A stretch of DNA of 64,000 bases from Chloroflexota bacterium. Its GTDB lineage: Bacteria; Chloroflexota; Dehalococcoidia; Bin125. Below, one piece after another: positions 25,773 to 35,908 of the stretch (position 1 is the stretch's first letter; each line of letters starts with the position of its first letter). A program made the position numbers and the translations under genes. The stretch spans positions 101,543 to 165,542 of the forward strand of contig JAPPFB010000018.1 of the NCBI GenBank assembly GCA_028875225.1, read 5' to 3'. Under the pieces are notes generated by a model. The model did not search any database. It was not told where the DNA came from and was given only the letters and a program-made list of their open reading frames with translations.

Positions 25773-27212
25773 CTAGCGCACTCGCTTCACTCGGGAGCGG
25801 CGCACGGTTGGTTGTCTCAGCTCGGGATCGTCGTTCCAGGGTCGGCGGATGAAGCGGACTCCCAGGCTGCGGTCGATCTCTCGCCACTTCGACTCTTCCT
25901 CGGACGTGACAAAGGTGATCGCCTCGCCATCGCGGCCCATTCGCCCAGTCCGGCCCACCCGGTGAGTGAACAGCTGCGGAGAATCCGGCAGGTCGTAGTT
26001 GATCACCTGTCCGACGCCTTCGATATCGAGGCCGCGCGCTGCGACATTGGTGGCGACCAAAATCGGCGTCTCGCCCGAGCGAAAGTCGCGCATGACGCGC
26101 TCTCGTGCGTTCTGACGCAGATTGCCCTGCAGCGCGCCCACTGGATAGCCGAACCCGTCCAGCTGTCGGGCGAGCTTCTTAACCCCGTGCTTCGTCTTGC
26201 CGAACACGATCACCGCCTCGTCCTTGCGCTCGTCCAACAGCGATCGCAGCGCCCCCATCTTGTGGTCGCGCCGGATCGAGTAGACCAGGTGCGTCACGCT
26301 GGGCAAGGTCTGCAGGTCGGCGTCGACCTCGACCGTGGCCGGCTGTCGCAGATGTTTGGCTGCGGTCTGCGCCACCCAGTCGGGCAACGTCGCCGAGAAC
26401 AACGCGGTCTGACGCCCCGATGGCGTGTGTCCAAGGATCGCCTCGACATCGCGAGCAAAGCCCCGGTCCAGCATCTCGTCGGCCTCATCCAGGACCAGGA
26501 ATCGCACCGACCGGAGGTCGAGCGTGCCCTGGCGAAGGTGATCCAGCGTGCGGCCGGGTGTGCCGATCACGACCTGCGGTCCCCGCTTCAGCGCCGCCTG
26601 CTCCGGCCGCGCCGAGCGGCCGCCGTAAAGCAACGTCGTCTGCAGACGCTGCGCGGTCGCCACCGCCTCCGTCACCTCGCCTACCTGGATTGCCAGTTCG
26701 CGAGTCGGCGTCAGCACCAGCGCCTGTACCTCGCGCGCCGACGCGTCACAGCGTTCGATCAGCGGGATCGCGAACGCCAGGGTCTTCCCCGAGCCAGTCC
26801 GCGCCTGACCGATCACGTCGCGACCCGCCAGCAACAGGGGAATCGTTGCTTGCTGAATCGGCGTGGGCTCAGAGATGTCCATCGCATTCAGCGCGGCCCG
26901 TGTCGCCCGGCTCAGCGCCATCTCCGTGAAGGTCGTAGCCGTCCTGTCCGCGGCCCGATCGTCAGCGTAGTCGTCGATTTGGACCGGCGTCCTCGTCTCG
27001 CTTCGCCTGCGCGTGGCGGTCCGGTCGTCCGAGGGATGCTCGGCCTGGACGCCGCGGCGTCGACCTGCGTAGCACGAACTGCAGTACACCGGGCGCTCAG
27101 CGTGGGGACGGAACGGGACAGAAGTCGTAACGCCGCAGTCGGCGCATTTCGCCTGGTGGCGAGGCTTGCGAGTGCGCGACCGTGGCCGCGCGGATACGGA
27201 TGCTCGAGGCAT
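25773..27212 (-). CDS. DEAD-box RNA helicase with N-terminal CxxC-x17-CxxC zinc ribbon
   Basis: Q motif TPIQQATIP, motif I ARTGSGKT, VLDEADEML, FSAT, HRVGRTGRMG. N-terminal CADC-x17-CSSC. Confidence 0.9.
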   Translation of the reverse strand: MPRASVSARPRSRTRKPRHQAKCADCGVTTSVPFRPHAERPVYCSSCYAGRRRGVQAEHPSDDRTATRRRSETRTPVQIDDYADDRAADRTATTFTEMALSRATRAALNAMDISEPTPIQQATIPLLLAGRDVIGQARTGSGKTLAFAIPLIERCDASAREVQALVLTPTRELAIQVGEVTEAVATAQRLQTTLLYGGRSARPEQAALKRGPQVVIGTPGRTLDHLRQGTLDLRSVRFLVLDEADEMLDRGFARDVEAILGHTPSGRQTALFSATLPDWVAQTAAKHLRQPATVEVDADLQTLPSVTHLVYSIRRDHKMGALRSLLDERKDEAVIVFGKTKHGVKKLARQLDGFGYPVGALQGNLRQNARERVMRDFRSGETPILVATNVAARGLDIEGVGQVINYDLPDSPQLFTHRVGRTGRMGRDGEAITFVTSEEESKWREIDRSLGVRFIRRPWNDDPELRQPTVRRSRVKRVR

Positions 27213-27442
27213 GGGTACAGAGGACTCCTCAGGAGATGGTTTCGGTTCTTCGAATCAGAGCGGGAAGGGGGTTGGCAGAAGCAAATGTGAAAAGGGGATG
27301 CTGACTGTGGTCTCAATGCTGAATCAGTTGTACCACTCAGGCTACTCACTGAACGGTCACAACCGGTATCGCCTGGTAACCATTGAGGTGAACACTGAGC
27401 CGGGCAAGCCATGCTCGATGACGCGCCGCCCGCCATGGCAGG

Positions 27443-27519
27443 TGGTCCCCCCGGGAGGACTCGAACCTCCAGCCTACGGATTAGAAGTCCGTCGCTCTGT
27501 CCGGTTGAGCTACGGGGGG
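27443..27519 (-). tRNA. tRNA-Arg (anticodon TCT)
   Basis: Hand-folded cloverleaf. Acceptor CCCCCCG/CGGGGGG, D-arm GCTC..GAGC, anticodon arm ACGGA-CTTCTAA-TCCGT, T-arm GGAGG-TTCGAGT-CCTCC, discriminator A, encoded CCA. Confidence 0.9.
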
Positions 27520-27520
27520 G

Positions 27521-28855
27521 TCAGCTTTGCGGACGGCCCGCCTCGTAGAAGGCGGCGCCCCGCTTGTCCAATGATATGGCGATGCTCTCCGTCTCCGACG
27601 AGCCGTCCGGATAGTTGAACTCCAGCACAATCCGGCCCCGGTGCGAGCCCTCCGGCACTCCACCGGCCGTGGCCGCGAACGGAATCACCGAGTGCTGCGG
27701 ACCGTTCGTGAACGCATAGCCGGAACCCAGGGCGACCCCGGCCTGGGTCCCCACATCGAGCCAGCTCGGCGTGCTCACCACCCGCCAGGCCAACAGACCG
27801 CTGCCCTCGTTCTCGATCGTCAACATCGTGCCGCTCTGCGACAGCTCGCTCGAAGACAGCTCCAGCTCCATCGGCAGCCGGTCCAACGACGGTGCCCCCA
27901 GGAGCGCCGTCCGGTCCGGATTGGCGCTACCGCTGGTGAAGACCGCCGGCACAGCGTTCGCAGGCAGGTCCAGGCTCATCCGCTCCCGGATCTGGTCGAA
28001 CGTTTGGCGGAACAGGTCGGGATCGAGCGCCCCGCCCGGCGCGGTCAGACTGGGAATGTCGGGAAGGACCACCGGATGCGGCTCCCACAGCCGCCGTCCG
28101 TCAACCAATGGCGGATTGATCACGCAGCCCAACACCCGCTCCTGGTACGGGTAGTCCCAGTAGTCGCTCCTGTCCAGGTCGCAGTCGTACGGCTGCCGCC
28201 CCGGATCGTACGTCGGGTTCCCTGGATGGTTAATCCAGGCCCAGCCGTTGTACGCCCACAGCGCGAAGTACCACGATTCCACGTGATCCGGATCGCTCGC
28301 GCCGACCACCGGGAAGTAGTCCTCGTTCCACTTCTCCGCCAGGATCCGCGCCCCCGCCGCAATGTTGTAGGCAAAGTGCGTCCCGACCAGCGCCTCATAT
28401 CTCGACGGCAATCCCCCGTCGTTGACGATCGTGCTCGTGATCTGCATGATCCCGTAGCCGCAATCGAACGAGAGTAGCGGCGGCCCAAGCGTGCCCCAAT
28501 CGACCTCCCAGGGGGCCATCGCAATTTTGCTCTCAATCCATGCCATGGCGTAGAGCAGCTGCGCTGGGATCTTCGCGGAGGCGTCCGGAATCCGCCGTTC
28601 CCCCACGCTCAGCGCGGGGAGCTGGAAGTCCTCATCGTCGGGAAACAGCCGGTTGACTGCTGCGAGACGGAGCGTCTCAATGTATGTCTGGCGCGATTCC
28701 TGCGCCTCGAACGACTGCAACGAAAACGGCGGACCGCCTCCGCTGTATCGACAACTGGTCGGCGCGGCCAGGGAGTGTTCAGCGGTCAGGAAGATCGCAC
28801 CGCACAAAGAGCCCACCGCGACCAGTATCCCGAACAGCACATTTCGACACGCCAT
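27521..28855 (-). CDS. Exported lytic transglycosylase-like protein (SLT domain)
   Basis: ATG 28855 gives a signal/anchor MACRNVLFGILVAVGSLCGAIFL. SLT pattern AWIESK...GYGIMQIT...AYNIAAGARIL. The upstream part of the track ORF is Arg-rich and unsupported. Confidence 0.7.
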   Translation of the reverse strand: MACRNVLFGILVAVGSLCGAIFLTAEHSLAAPTSCRYSGGGPPFSLQSFEAQESRQTYIETLRLAAVNRLFPDDEDFQLPALSVGERRIPDASAKIPAQLLYAMAWIESKIAMAPWEVDWGTLGPPLLSFDCGYGIMQITSTIVNDGGLPSRYEALVGTHFAYNIAAGARILAEKWNEDYFPVVGASDPDHVESWYFALWAYNGWAWINHPGNPTYDPGRQPYDCDLDRSDYWDYPYQERVLGCVINPPLVDGRRLWEPHPVVLPDIPSLTAPGGALDPDLFRQTFDQIRERMSLDLPANAVPAVFTSGSANPDRTALLGAPSLDRLPMELELSSSELSQSGTMLTIENEGSGLLAWRVVSTPSWLDVGTQAGVALGSGYAFTNGPQHSVIPFAATAGGVPEGSHRGRIVLEFNYPDGSSETESIAISLDKRGAAFYEAGRPQS

Positions 28856-29102
28856 CCCGGTCAGCACGACGCGCCCACCAACCGCTGGGCGTCGCGCGGC
28901 AAAGACCCGGTCACATCCACGATCAACATCAGCCCGCAGGCCCCGCCCGGCCGCCACCGGTCGCGTGTCGCCACGCGTTCCGACTCTATCACGCACCTGC
29001 CGCCATCAACGCTGCGATACTGTGGGCGAAACGGGGAGTATCGCCTGCAGCATGAGCGCGTCATGCGTCTTGCGTCGTGCCAGGCGGGGACAGGAGGCGC
29101 GT

Positions 29103-30131
29103 GTGGCGCGCATTGCGATCATCGGATTGGGCTACATCGGCGGCTCAATCGGACTTGGCCTACGCGCGGCGAAGCTGCGGGACACGGAAATCGTCGGCTT
29201 CGACGACTGGCGCTCAGCCAGGCGCGCAGCCGGCAAACAGGACGCCGTCGACGAAATCGCGGGCAGCCCGCGGGAAGCCGTGGACGGCGCCGGCTTGGTC
29301 ATTCTCGCCACGCCTCCGGCCTCGACGTCCGAGTTGCTCGAAGAGATTGCGCCCGCGCTCGGTCGCGGCGCAGCGGTGACCGACACGGCCGCCTCCAAGG
29401 TCAAGATCGAAGAATGGGCGGGCAACCACTTGCCCAACGGCGTTTCCTTCATCGGCGGACACCCGATGGCGGGCGACGCTTCCGCATTCGGCATCGACAA
29501 CGCCAGCGGCGATCTGTTCCGCGGCAAGCGCTGGTTCCTCAGTCCCTCGCCCAATGCCTCCGACAGCGCGGTCAAGTCGGTCCTCGGCATGGTCCGCGAA
29601 CTGGGCGCCTCGCCGCACTTTCTCAGCTCGGCAGAGCACGACTACGTCCTGGCCGGCGTCTCGCACCTGCCGCTGGTCGTCTCCTCGGCGTTGTTCACCA
29701 TGCTCCGCGGCTCGGAGGGCTGGCCCGACTTTGGCCGCGCAGCGGGCGAGACCTTCCGTTCGATGACCGCCTACAACTCGGGCGATCCATCCATGACGAC
29801 CGAAATCGCCATCACCAACAGGGAGCAGGTCCAACACTGGATCGATCGGTTCGTGCTCGAGTTGAACCGCGTCCGCAACCTCCTCGACGAAGAGGAAGAA
29901 GAGGTCTTCAAGGAGTACTCGACGGCGCAGATCAACCACGCCAAGTTCCTCGGCGGCGACGACCTCGACCCGGACACCGGTGCGCAACCCGAGCTTCCCG
30001 ACGCCACATCGCAGATGGCCGCGCTCCTGATCAGCCCGCGTCTGTACGAGCGCGTGCGCAGCATGACCAAGCGCAGCGAGGAGAAGGAAAAGGAACGCGA
30101 AGCCCGCGGGCGGCGTTGGGGCCGCGGCTGA
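29103..30131 (+). CDS. tyrA: Prephenate dehydrogenase
   Basis: GTG 29103 lies 6 nt after AGGAGG. IAIIGLGYIGGS Rossmann motif and GGHPMAG. The track ORF start 28653 overlaps the divergent gene. Confidence 0.85.
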   Translation: MARIAIIGLGYIGGSIGLGLRAAKLRDTEIVGFDDWRSARRAAGKQDAVDEIAGSPREAVDGAGLVILATPPASTSELLEEIAPALGRGAAVTDTAASKVKIEEWAGNHLPNGVSFIGGHPMAGDASAFGIDNASGDLFRGKRWFLSPSPNASDSAVKSVLGMVRELGASPHFLSSAEHDYVLAGVSHLPLVVSSALFTMLRGSEGWPDFGRAAGETFRSMTAYNSGDPSMTTEIAITNREQVQHWIDRFVLELNRVRNLLDEEEEEVFKEYSTAQINHAKFLGGDDLDPDTGAQPELPDATSQMAALLISPRLYERVRSMTKRSEEKEKEREARGRRWGRG

Positions 30132-30135
30132 CTCG

Positions 30136-31437
30136 ATGAGCGACGAGATCGTCATTGCCCCCGGTGGCCCGCTCCGCGGCGAGCTTCGCGTCCCGGGCGA
30201 CAAGTCAATCTCCCACCGCGCTCTGATCTGCAATGCGCTCGCCGAAGGCGAGGCCAGGATCAGCGGACTGCTGGACAGCGCCGACTGCCGCTCGACCATG
30301 GCCTGTCTCAAACAGTGGGGCGTCGAGTTTGAAACCGACGCCGACGAGGTGCTGGTTCGCAGCCCCGGACAGCAATCGTTTCGCCAGGCCCAGGACACAC
30401 TCGATTGCGGCAACAGCGGCACCTCGATTCGGCTGTTGAGCGGAGTCGCCGCAGGCCTCCCGTTTCGCAGCTGGTTCGACGGCGATGATTCGTTGCGCGG
30501 CCGCCCCATGCGTCGCGTGCTGGATCCGCTGGCGACAATGGGCGCCCTGGTCGACGTCGCAGACACCGCGCCGTTCTGGGTCGATGGCTCTGACGGGCTG
30601 CGGCAAGGGTTCGACGGCGAGCTTGCCGTGGCCAGCGCCCAGGTCAAGAGCTGTATCGTGTTCGCTGCGCTGCAGGCCGACAGGCCTAGCCGCATCGTCG
30701 AGCCGGGACCGTCGCGCGACCACACTGAGCGAATGCTGGGCGCCATGGGCGCAGACATTGAGGTTGACGGCCCCACTCTTCACGTCCGACCGGGAGCAAC
30801 CCTGGCCGCCAGCGACGTTGACGTTCCTGCCGACATCAGCGCCGCGGCATTCTGGATGATCGCCGCCGCGTTAATCCCCGGCTCCGATATCGCGCTGCCA
30901 AACGTCGGCGTCAATCCCACGCGCAGCGGCGTCATCGACGTGTTGCGCTCGATGGGCGCGATCGTCGAGTTGCGAGATCAGCGCGACGTATCGGGCGAAC
31001 CGGTCGCCGACATCGTCGTCAGAGGGTCGAAGCTGTACGGCACCCGCATCGACGGCGATTTGATCGTGACCTCACTGGACGAGCTGCCGACACTCGCCGT
31101 GGCCGCCGCCTTTGCCGAGGGCATTACCGAGATCCACGACGCCGAGGAGCTGCGGGTCAAGGAGTCCGACCGAATCGAAACCACTTCCGCCATGTTGACC
31201 GCGATGGGCGTCGAAGTAGAAGAGTGGCGCGACGGGATGCGGATCATCGGGGGACGCCCGCGCGGCGCCGCGGTCGACTCACACGGCGATCACCGCCTGG
31301 CAATGGCGGCCGCCGTCGCCGCGTTGGCCAGCGACCCCGAATCGGGTCCAACCACGATCCGGCGAGCCTCGGCAGTTGAGATTTCCTATCCGAGCTTCTG
31401 GAGCGATCTCGATCGATTGCGGCATGTCGCAATCTGA
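30136..31437 (+). CDS. aroA: 3-phosphoshikimate 1-carboxyvinyltransferase (EPSP synthase)
   Basis: LRGELRVPGDKSISHRALI, DCGNSGTSIRLL and RVKESDR motifs. Confidence 0.9.
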   Translation: MSDEIVIAPGGPLRGELRVPGDKSISHRALICNALAEGEARISGLLDSADCRSTMACLKQWGVEFETDADEVLVRSPGQQSFRQAQDTLDCGNSGTSIRLLSGVAAGLPFRSWFDGDDSLRGRPMRRVLDPLATMGALVDVADTAPFWVDGSDGLRQGFDGELAVASAQVKSCIVFAALQADRPSRIVEPGPSRDHTERMLGAMGADIEVDGPTLHVRPGATLAASDVDVPADISAAAFWMIAAALIPGSDIALPNVGVNPTRSGVIDVLRSMGAIVELRDQRDVSGEPVADIVVRGSKLYGTRIDGDLIVTSLDELPTLAVAAAFAEGITEIHDAEELRVKESDRIETTSAMLTAMGVEVEEWRDGMRIIGGRPRGAAVDSHGDHRLAMAAAVAALASDPESGPTTIRRASAVEISYPSFWSDLDRLRHVAI

Positions 31438-32020
31438 GGCCGCTCAACTCGTCGTGGTCATCTCCGGACCATCCGGCGCCGGCAAGGACACGGTCATTGG
31501 CGCCGCGTTGGACCTGGATCCGTCGCTGGCAAAGGTCGCGACCGCGAAGACCAGGGCCCCTCGGCCCGGTGAAATCGAGGGCGTCCATCACGTCTTCCTT
31601 CGTGACGAGGAGTTTGATCGCTGGGTCGCTGACGGAGCCTTCCTCGAGTACGTCGAAATCTATGGACATCGCAGCGGCGTGCCCAGGGCGGCAGTCGAGG
31701 ACTTGCTCAGCCAGGGCAAGACCCCGATTTTGCGCACCGACATTCAGGGCGCGCGAACCCTCAGGGAGCGCCTCGACGATCCATTGCTCGTCTTCGTCAC
31801 CGCGCCCGATCTCGAGTCACTCGAACGCCGTATGCGCTCGAGAGCGGCCGAAACCGAGTCCGAGATCGTCGCCCGGCTCGCCGAGGCTGAAGCGGAACTG
31901 GCAGAGGCCGACTGGTTCGATCTCGTCATCGTCAACCAGGACGAGTCTCACGACGACGCAGCCCAGCAGTTGGTGAGGGCGATCGCGGCGGCACGCGCGC
32001 GCGGCAATCACCCCCGTTGA
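31424..32020 (+). CDS. gmk: Guanylate kinase
   Basis: VVISGPSGAGKDT P-loop. TAKTRAPRPGEIEGVHHVF and FLEYVEIYGHRSG blocks. 14-nt overlap with aroA. Confidence 0.75.
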   Translation: MSQSEAAQLVVVISGPSGAGKDTVIGAALDLDPSLAKVATAKTRAPRPGEIEGVHHVFLRDEEFDRWVADGAFLEYVEIYGHRSGVPRAAVEDLLSQGKTPILRTDIQGARTLRERLDDPLLVFVTAPDLESLERRMRSRAAETESEIVARLAEAEAELAEADWFDLVIVNQDESHDDAAQQLVRAIAAARARGNHPR

Positions 32021-32258
32021 CACCTGTTATCTCAGACCTTTGACATCCGCCGACGTTGGCCTAGGCTGCTCTCAGGAACGGAAGTGCGCAATGTCGGCGA
32101 CGATGACGAACGGTGCGATGGAATCGCACATGCGTCCCTCCGCGCATTGCCACACGTCCGGCGGGCAAGGGGTCTGGCGAAGCGAGAACTAACTCGCAAC
32201 GCCCGGGGCGGCTGACTCGACCGAACAGCGCGCCCCTGATCCCAAGGAGCCTGTTCTC

Positions 32259-33767
32259 ATGCCGTTGACCGGCACACTCAGCCCAAGTCTCGACGAATTC
32301 AAGCAGTTGGCCGCCGAAGCCAGGGCTTCTGGCCGCGGCAACTACGCCGCCGTCTACCGAGAAGTCCTCGCCGACCTGGAAACGCCCGTTTCCGCCTTCC
32401 TCAAGGTCAAGCGCGGCGCCTATTCGTTCCTGCTCGAGTCGGTGGAAGGCGGCGAGCGGCCCAGCCGCTATTCATTCATCGGCACCGAGCCGTACCGCAT
32501 CTTCCGCGCCCCATCCGGCGGCGCGGTCGACCCGCTGCAGGAGGTCGAATCCGAGCTTGACCGCTTCGACCTCGTACCGAACCCCGATCTCCCGCCGTTC
32601 CACGGCGGCGCCGTCGGCTATCTCAGCTACGAGGCGATCCGGCACTTCGAGCCGCGCGTCCAGCCCGCCGGCTACGACCCTCACGGCCTGCCCGAGGCGC
32701 TGTTTCAATTCGTGGACACGGTGCTGCTCTTCGATCACCTCAAGCACGTGATCAAGGTCGTCACCCACGTTCGCCTGGACGGCGACATCGAGTCCGCCTA
32801 CCGCGCGGCCGAATTCCGGATCAATGAACTCGTCGAGCGTCTGCAATCAGGACCGCCGATCCCGCCCGTCGACGCGCCCGAGCCCTCCGGCCACTCTGGC
32901 GCCATCCGCTCCAACATGGAGCGCGAGGCCTACTTCTCCGACGTCAAACAGATCATCGACTATGTCGTCGCAGGAGACATCATTCAGTGCGTCTACTCGC
33001 AACGTTTCTCGCGCGACACGTTCGTGCATCCCTTCAACGTTTACCGCACGCTGCGCACCGTGAATCCGTCGCCCTACACCTACTACCTCGAGATGGACGA
33101 TCACCAGATCGTCGGCACCTCGCCCGAACTGCTCGTGATCGTCGAGGACGGCAAGGTCTCGACCCATCCAATCGCCGGCACCCGCCGCCGGGGATTGGAC
33201 GAGGACGAAGATCGAGCCCTCGAAGCGGAGCTCCGCGCCGACGAGAAGGAAGTCGCCGAGCACGTGATGCTGCTTGACCTGGGCCGCAATGACATCGGCA
33301 GAGTCTCAAGGCCCGGCACCGTGCGGGTCACCCAGGAGCTCGACGTTGAGCGCTACAGCCACGTCATGCACCTCGTCTCGCACGTCGAGGGTGAGTTGGC
33401 CGACGGAGCCACGTCATTCGACGCCGTCCGCGCCACCTTCCCGGCCGGCACCGTCTCCGGCGCGCCCAAAATTCGCGCCATGGAGATCATCTCTGAACTC
33501 GAAGAGGACCAGCGGGGTCCCTATGCGGGCGCCCTCGGCTACTTCGGCTTCGGTGGCAACATGGAGACGGCGATCACGATTCGCACGATCATCATGCAGG
33601 ACGGCGTCGCCTCGGTGCAGGCCGGCGGCGGGATCGTCTTTGACTCGAAGCTGAGTGACGAGTTCGAAGAGACCGTGAACAAGGCCATGGGCATGTTCAC
33701 CGCGCTCGATCTGGCAGAAGAACGTTCTCGTGCCGGAGCGGTCACAGGCGGATCGCGGGGCTACTGA
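32259..33767 (+). CDS. trpE: Anthranilate synthase component I
   Basis: 502 aa. LLESVEGGE, GTSPELLV, HPIAGTRRRG and GAPKIRAMEII blocks. Confidence 0.9.
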   Translation: MPLTGTLSPSLDEFKQLAAEARASGRGNYAAVYREVLADLETPVSAFLKVKRGAYSFLLESVEGGERPSRYSFIGTEPYRIFRAPSGGAVDPLQEVESELDRFDLVPNPDLPPFHGGAVGYLSYEAIRHFEPRVQPAGYDPHGLPEALFQFVDTVLLFDHLKHVIKVVTHVRLDGDIESAYRAAEFRINELVERLQSGPPIPPVDAPEPSGHSGAIRSNMEREAYFSDVKQIIDYVVAGDIIQCVYSQRFSRDTFVHPFNVYRTLRTVNPSPYTYYLEMDDHQIVGTSPELLVIVEDGKVSTHPIAGTRRRGLDEDEDRALEAELRADEKEVAEHVMLLDLGRNDIGRVSRPGTVRVTQELDVERYSHVMHLVSHVEGELADGATSFDAVRATFPAGTVSGAPKIRAMEIISELEEDQRGPYAGALGYFGFGGNMETAITIRTIIMQDGVASVQAGGGIVFDSKLSDEFEETVNKAMGMFTALDLAEERSRAGAVTGGSRGY

Positions 33768-34462
33768 TGCCAGAGTCCCTGATCATTGGCTACGGCGTCG
33801 TCTTCGACGAGGCCGGGCGCGTACTCCTGCTCCGGCGGCGATCCGGTGAGGCGCTCTGGCCCAGCCGTTGGTGGCTGCCCGGCGACGTCACCCCGCTGTC
33901 CGAGGAGCCCGACGACACGGTGCCGCGCATCTTTGAGCACTTGCTGCGCCAGCGCGTTCGCGTCGGCTACGCCCACACGGTCTACGGCGAAGAGCCGTCC
34001 AGCGCCAGACATACGGTCCACAACGCCTACGTCGTCACAGTCGAGGAAACGCTCGACGGCGCACCCGATGACGAGTCCAATCCGTTCGACGCGATGGAAT
34101 GGTGGGACGCGGCATCAGCCGTCTCCGAGCTGCCTGACCAGCAGGCCGAGTTGCTCTCCACTGTGATCGAACGGCGCCGAGCCGGCTGGACGTTTGAGGA
34201 TGACGCGAATCTGGACGATCTCTTTGGCCGGGTGGAAGTTGAAGCTCGCAACGACCGGGGAAGTGACCATGGCATGTCTGGCCGGTCCCTCTCCGCAAGA
34301 GATGAAGCGCTGGTTCGCCTGGCGCTCAGCGCCGCGTTGAAGGCGGGCGCTGATCTCGAACAACATCTACAGGCGGCACGCGATCTGGGATGGTCGGCGG
34401 CTGAGATTGGGCGGACCATTGAACTCGGCCAGGCGGCCAGTGCGAAGCGGCCGCCTGCCTAG
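33767..34462 (+). CDS. Nudix-fold-like protein with degenerate Nudix box fused to a CMD/AhpD-like C-terminal half-domain
   Basis: TGATG overlap with trpE. GVVFDEAGRVLLLRRR...WWLPGD. The box reads RIFEHL instead of REUXEE. The C-terminus ARDEALVRLALSAALKAGADLEQHLQAARDLGWSAAEIGRTIEL is CMD-like. Confidence 0.5.
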   Translation: MPESLIIGYGVVFDEAGRVLLLRRRSGEALWPSRWWLPGDVTPLSEEPDDTVPRIFEHLLRQRVRVGYAHTVYGEEPSSARHTVHNAYVVTVEETLDGAPDDESNPFDAMEWWDAASAVSELPDQQAELLSTVIERRRAGWTFEDDANLDDLFGRVEVEARNDRGSDHGMSGRSLSARDEALVRLALSAALKAGADLEQHLQAARDLGWSAAEIGRTIELGQAASAKRPPA

Positions 34463-34503
34463 AATGCGCGCCAGCAACGTGCTACCTGAAACGAGGAATT
34501 GAC

Positions 34504-35299
34504 ATGCCGACTCACGCAGAACGACGCAAGGCTGGCAGTGAGTTGTTGGCCGAGATGACCGGCCAGCCGGTCGGCTTCGCCTCCGCCGCCGAGCAGCGCA
34601 CCGGAGCCTTTGGCAGCTTTGTCGTCGACTACATCTTCGGTCAGGTCTGGCAAGGCGACGAACTCTCGCGGCGCGACCGCAACATCGTCGCGTTGGCCAT
34701 GCTCGGCGCGCTCGAACGCCTGCAAGCGGTCCAGTTCCACGCCAGCTTCGCGCCGGCCAATGGCGTCACCCGCGATGAGATGACCGAGATCGCGTTGCAG
34801 ATCGCCGGCTACTCCGGGTTCCCCGCCGGCAACGAGATGATCAATGTGCTGGTCGAGGCATGGACCAAGGCCGACGGCAAGCCATACCGGATCCCGCCGG
34901 CCGACTACAAGGACGACGACCAGCGGCACCGCGACGCCGTCGATGTGATGCGCACGCTCAACGGCCAGGAAGAAGCGCAGGATCCCGCCGAAGCGTTGGC
35001 CGGCATGGAGCGGATCGGCCCGGTCGGCAAGCTCGCCTTCGAGTTCGCCTTCGGCGACCTCTGGTCGCGCTCGCAGCTGTCGCGCCGCGATCGTTCGCTG
35101 GTTGTGGTCTCGATCCTGGTCGCGCTCAACAAGACCGAAGAGCTTCAATTCCACATCCCCGGTGCTCTGAATCACGGCGTGACAGAGACGGAACTCGAAG
35201 GCGTGATGGCTACCGCTGCGCCGTACTGTGGATTCCCACGGGCGGTCGAAGGCTTCCGCACCCTGCGGCGCATCCTGCGTGAGCGAGAAGAGGCGAACG

Positions 35300-35310
<11 letters not shown>
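34504..35310 (+). CDS. Carboxymuconolactone decarboxylase (CMD) family protein, tandem CMD domains
   Basis: Two repeats of the L(S)RRDR...V..L.A....EL.FH......GVT..E..E......GYSGFP/PYCGFP pattern. Confidence 0.75.

Positions 35311-35900
<590 letters not shown>

Positions 35901-35908
<8 letters not shown>

Noticed and set aside
27213-27442. Structured ncRNA or riboswitch in the 230-nt region upstream of the DEAD-box helicase
   Set aside because: No recognisable riboswitch consensus. The region is most simply a long 5' UTR, as is common for cold-responsive DEAD-box helicase genes. This cannot be evaluated further without covariation data.
28653-29102. Upstream extensions of tyrA (and likewise priA 51272-51538, sodC 21371-21505, sodN 22405-22476, DUF169 15003-15092)
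   Set aside because: The extensions overlap neighbouring genes or repeats and lack family similarity. Internal starts have SD-like sequences and give canonical N-termini.
32021-32258. Trp attenuator, T-box or TRAP-binding leader upstream of trpE
   Set aside because: The 238-nt spacer has small hairpins (for example gtgcga-tggaa-tcgcac) and a 33-codon ORF. That ORF has a single Trp codon, not tandem Trp codons. There is no T-box consensus (GGUGGUACCGCG-like) and no spaced GAG/UAG repeats. Regulation by an unknown mechanism remains possible but is unsupported.
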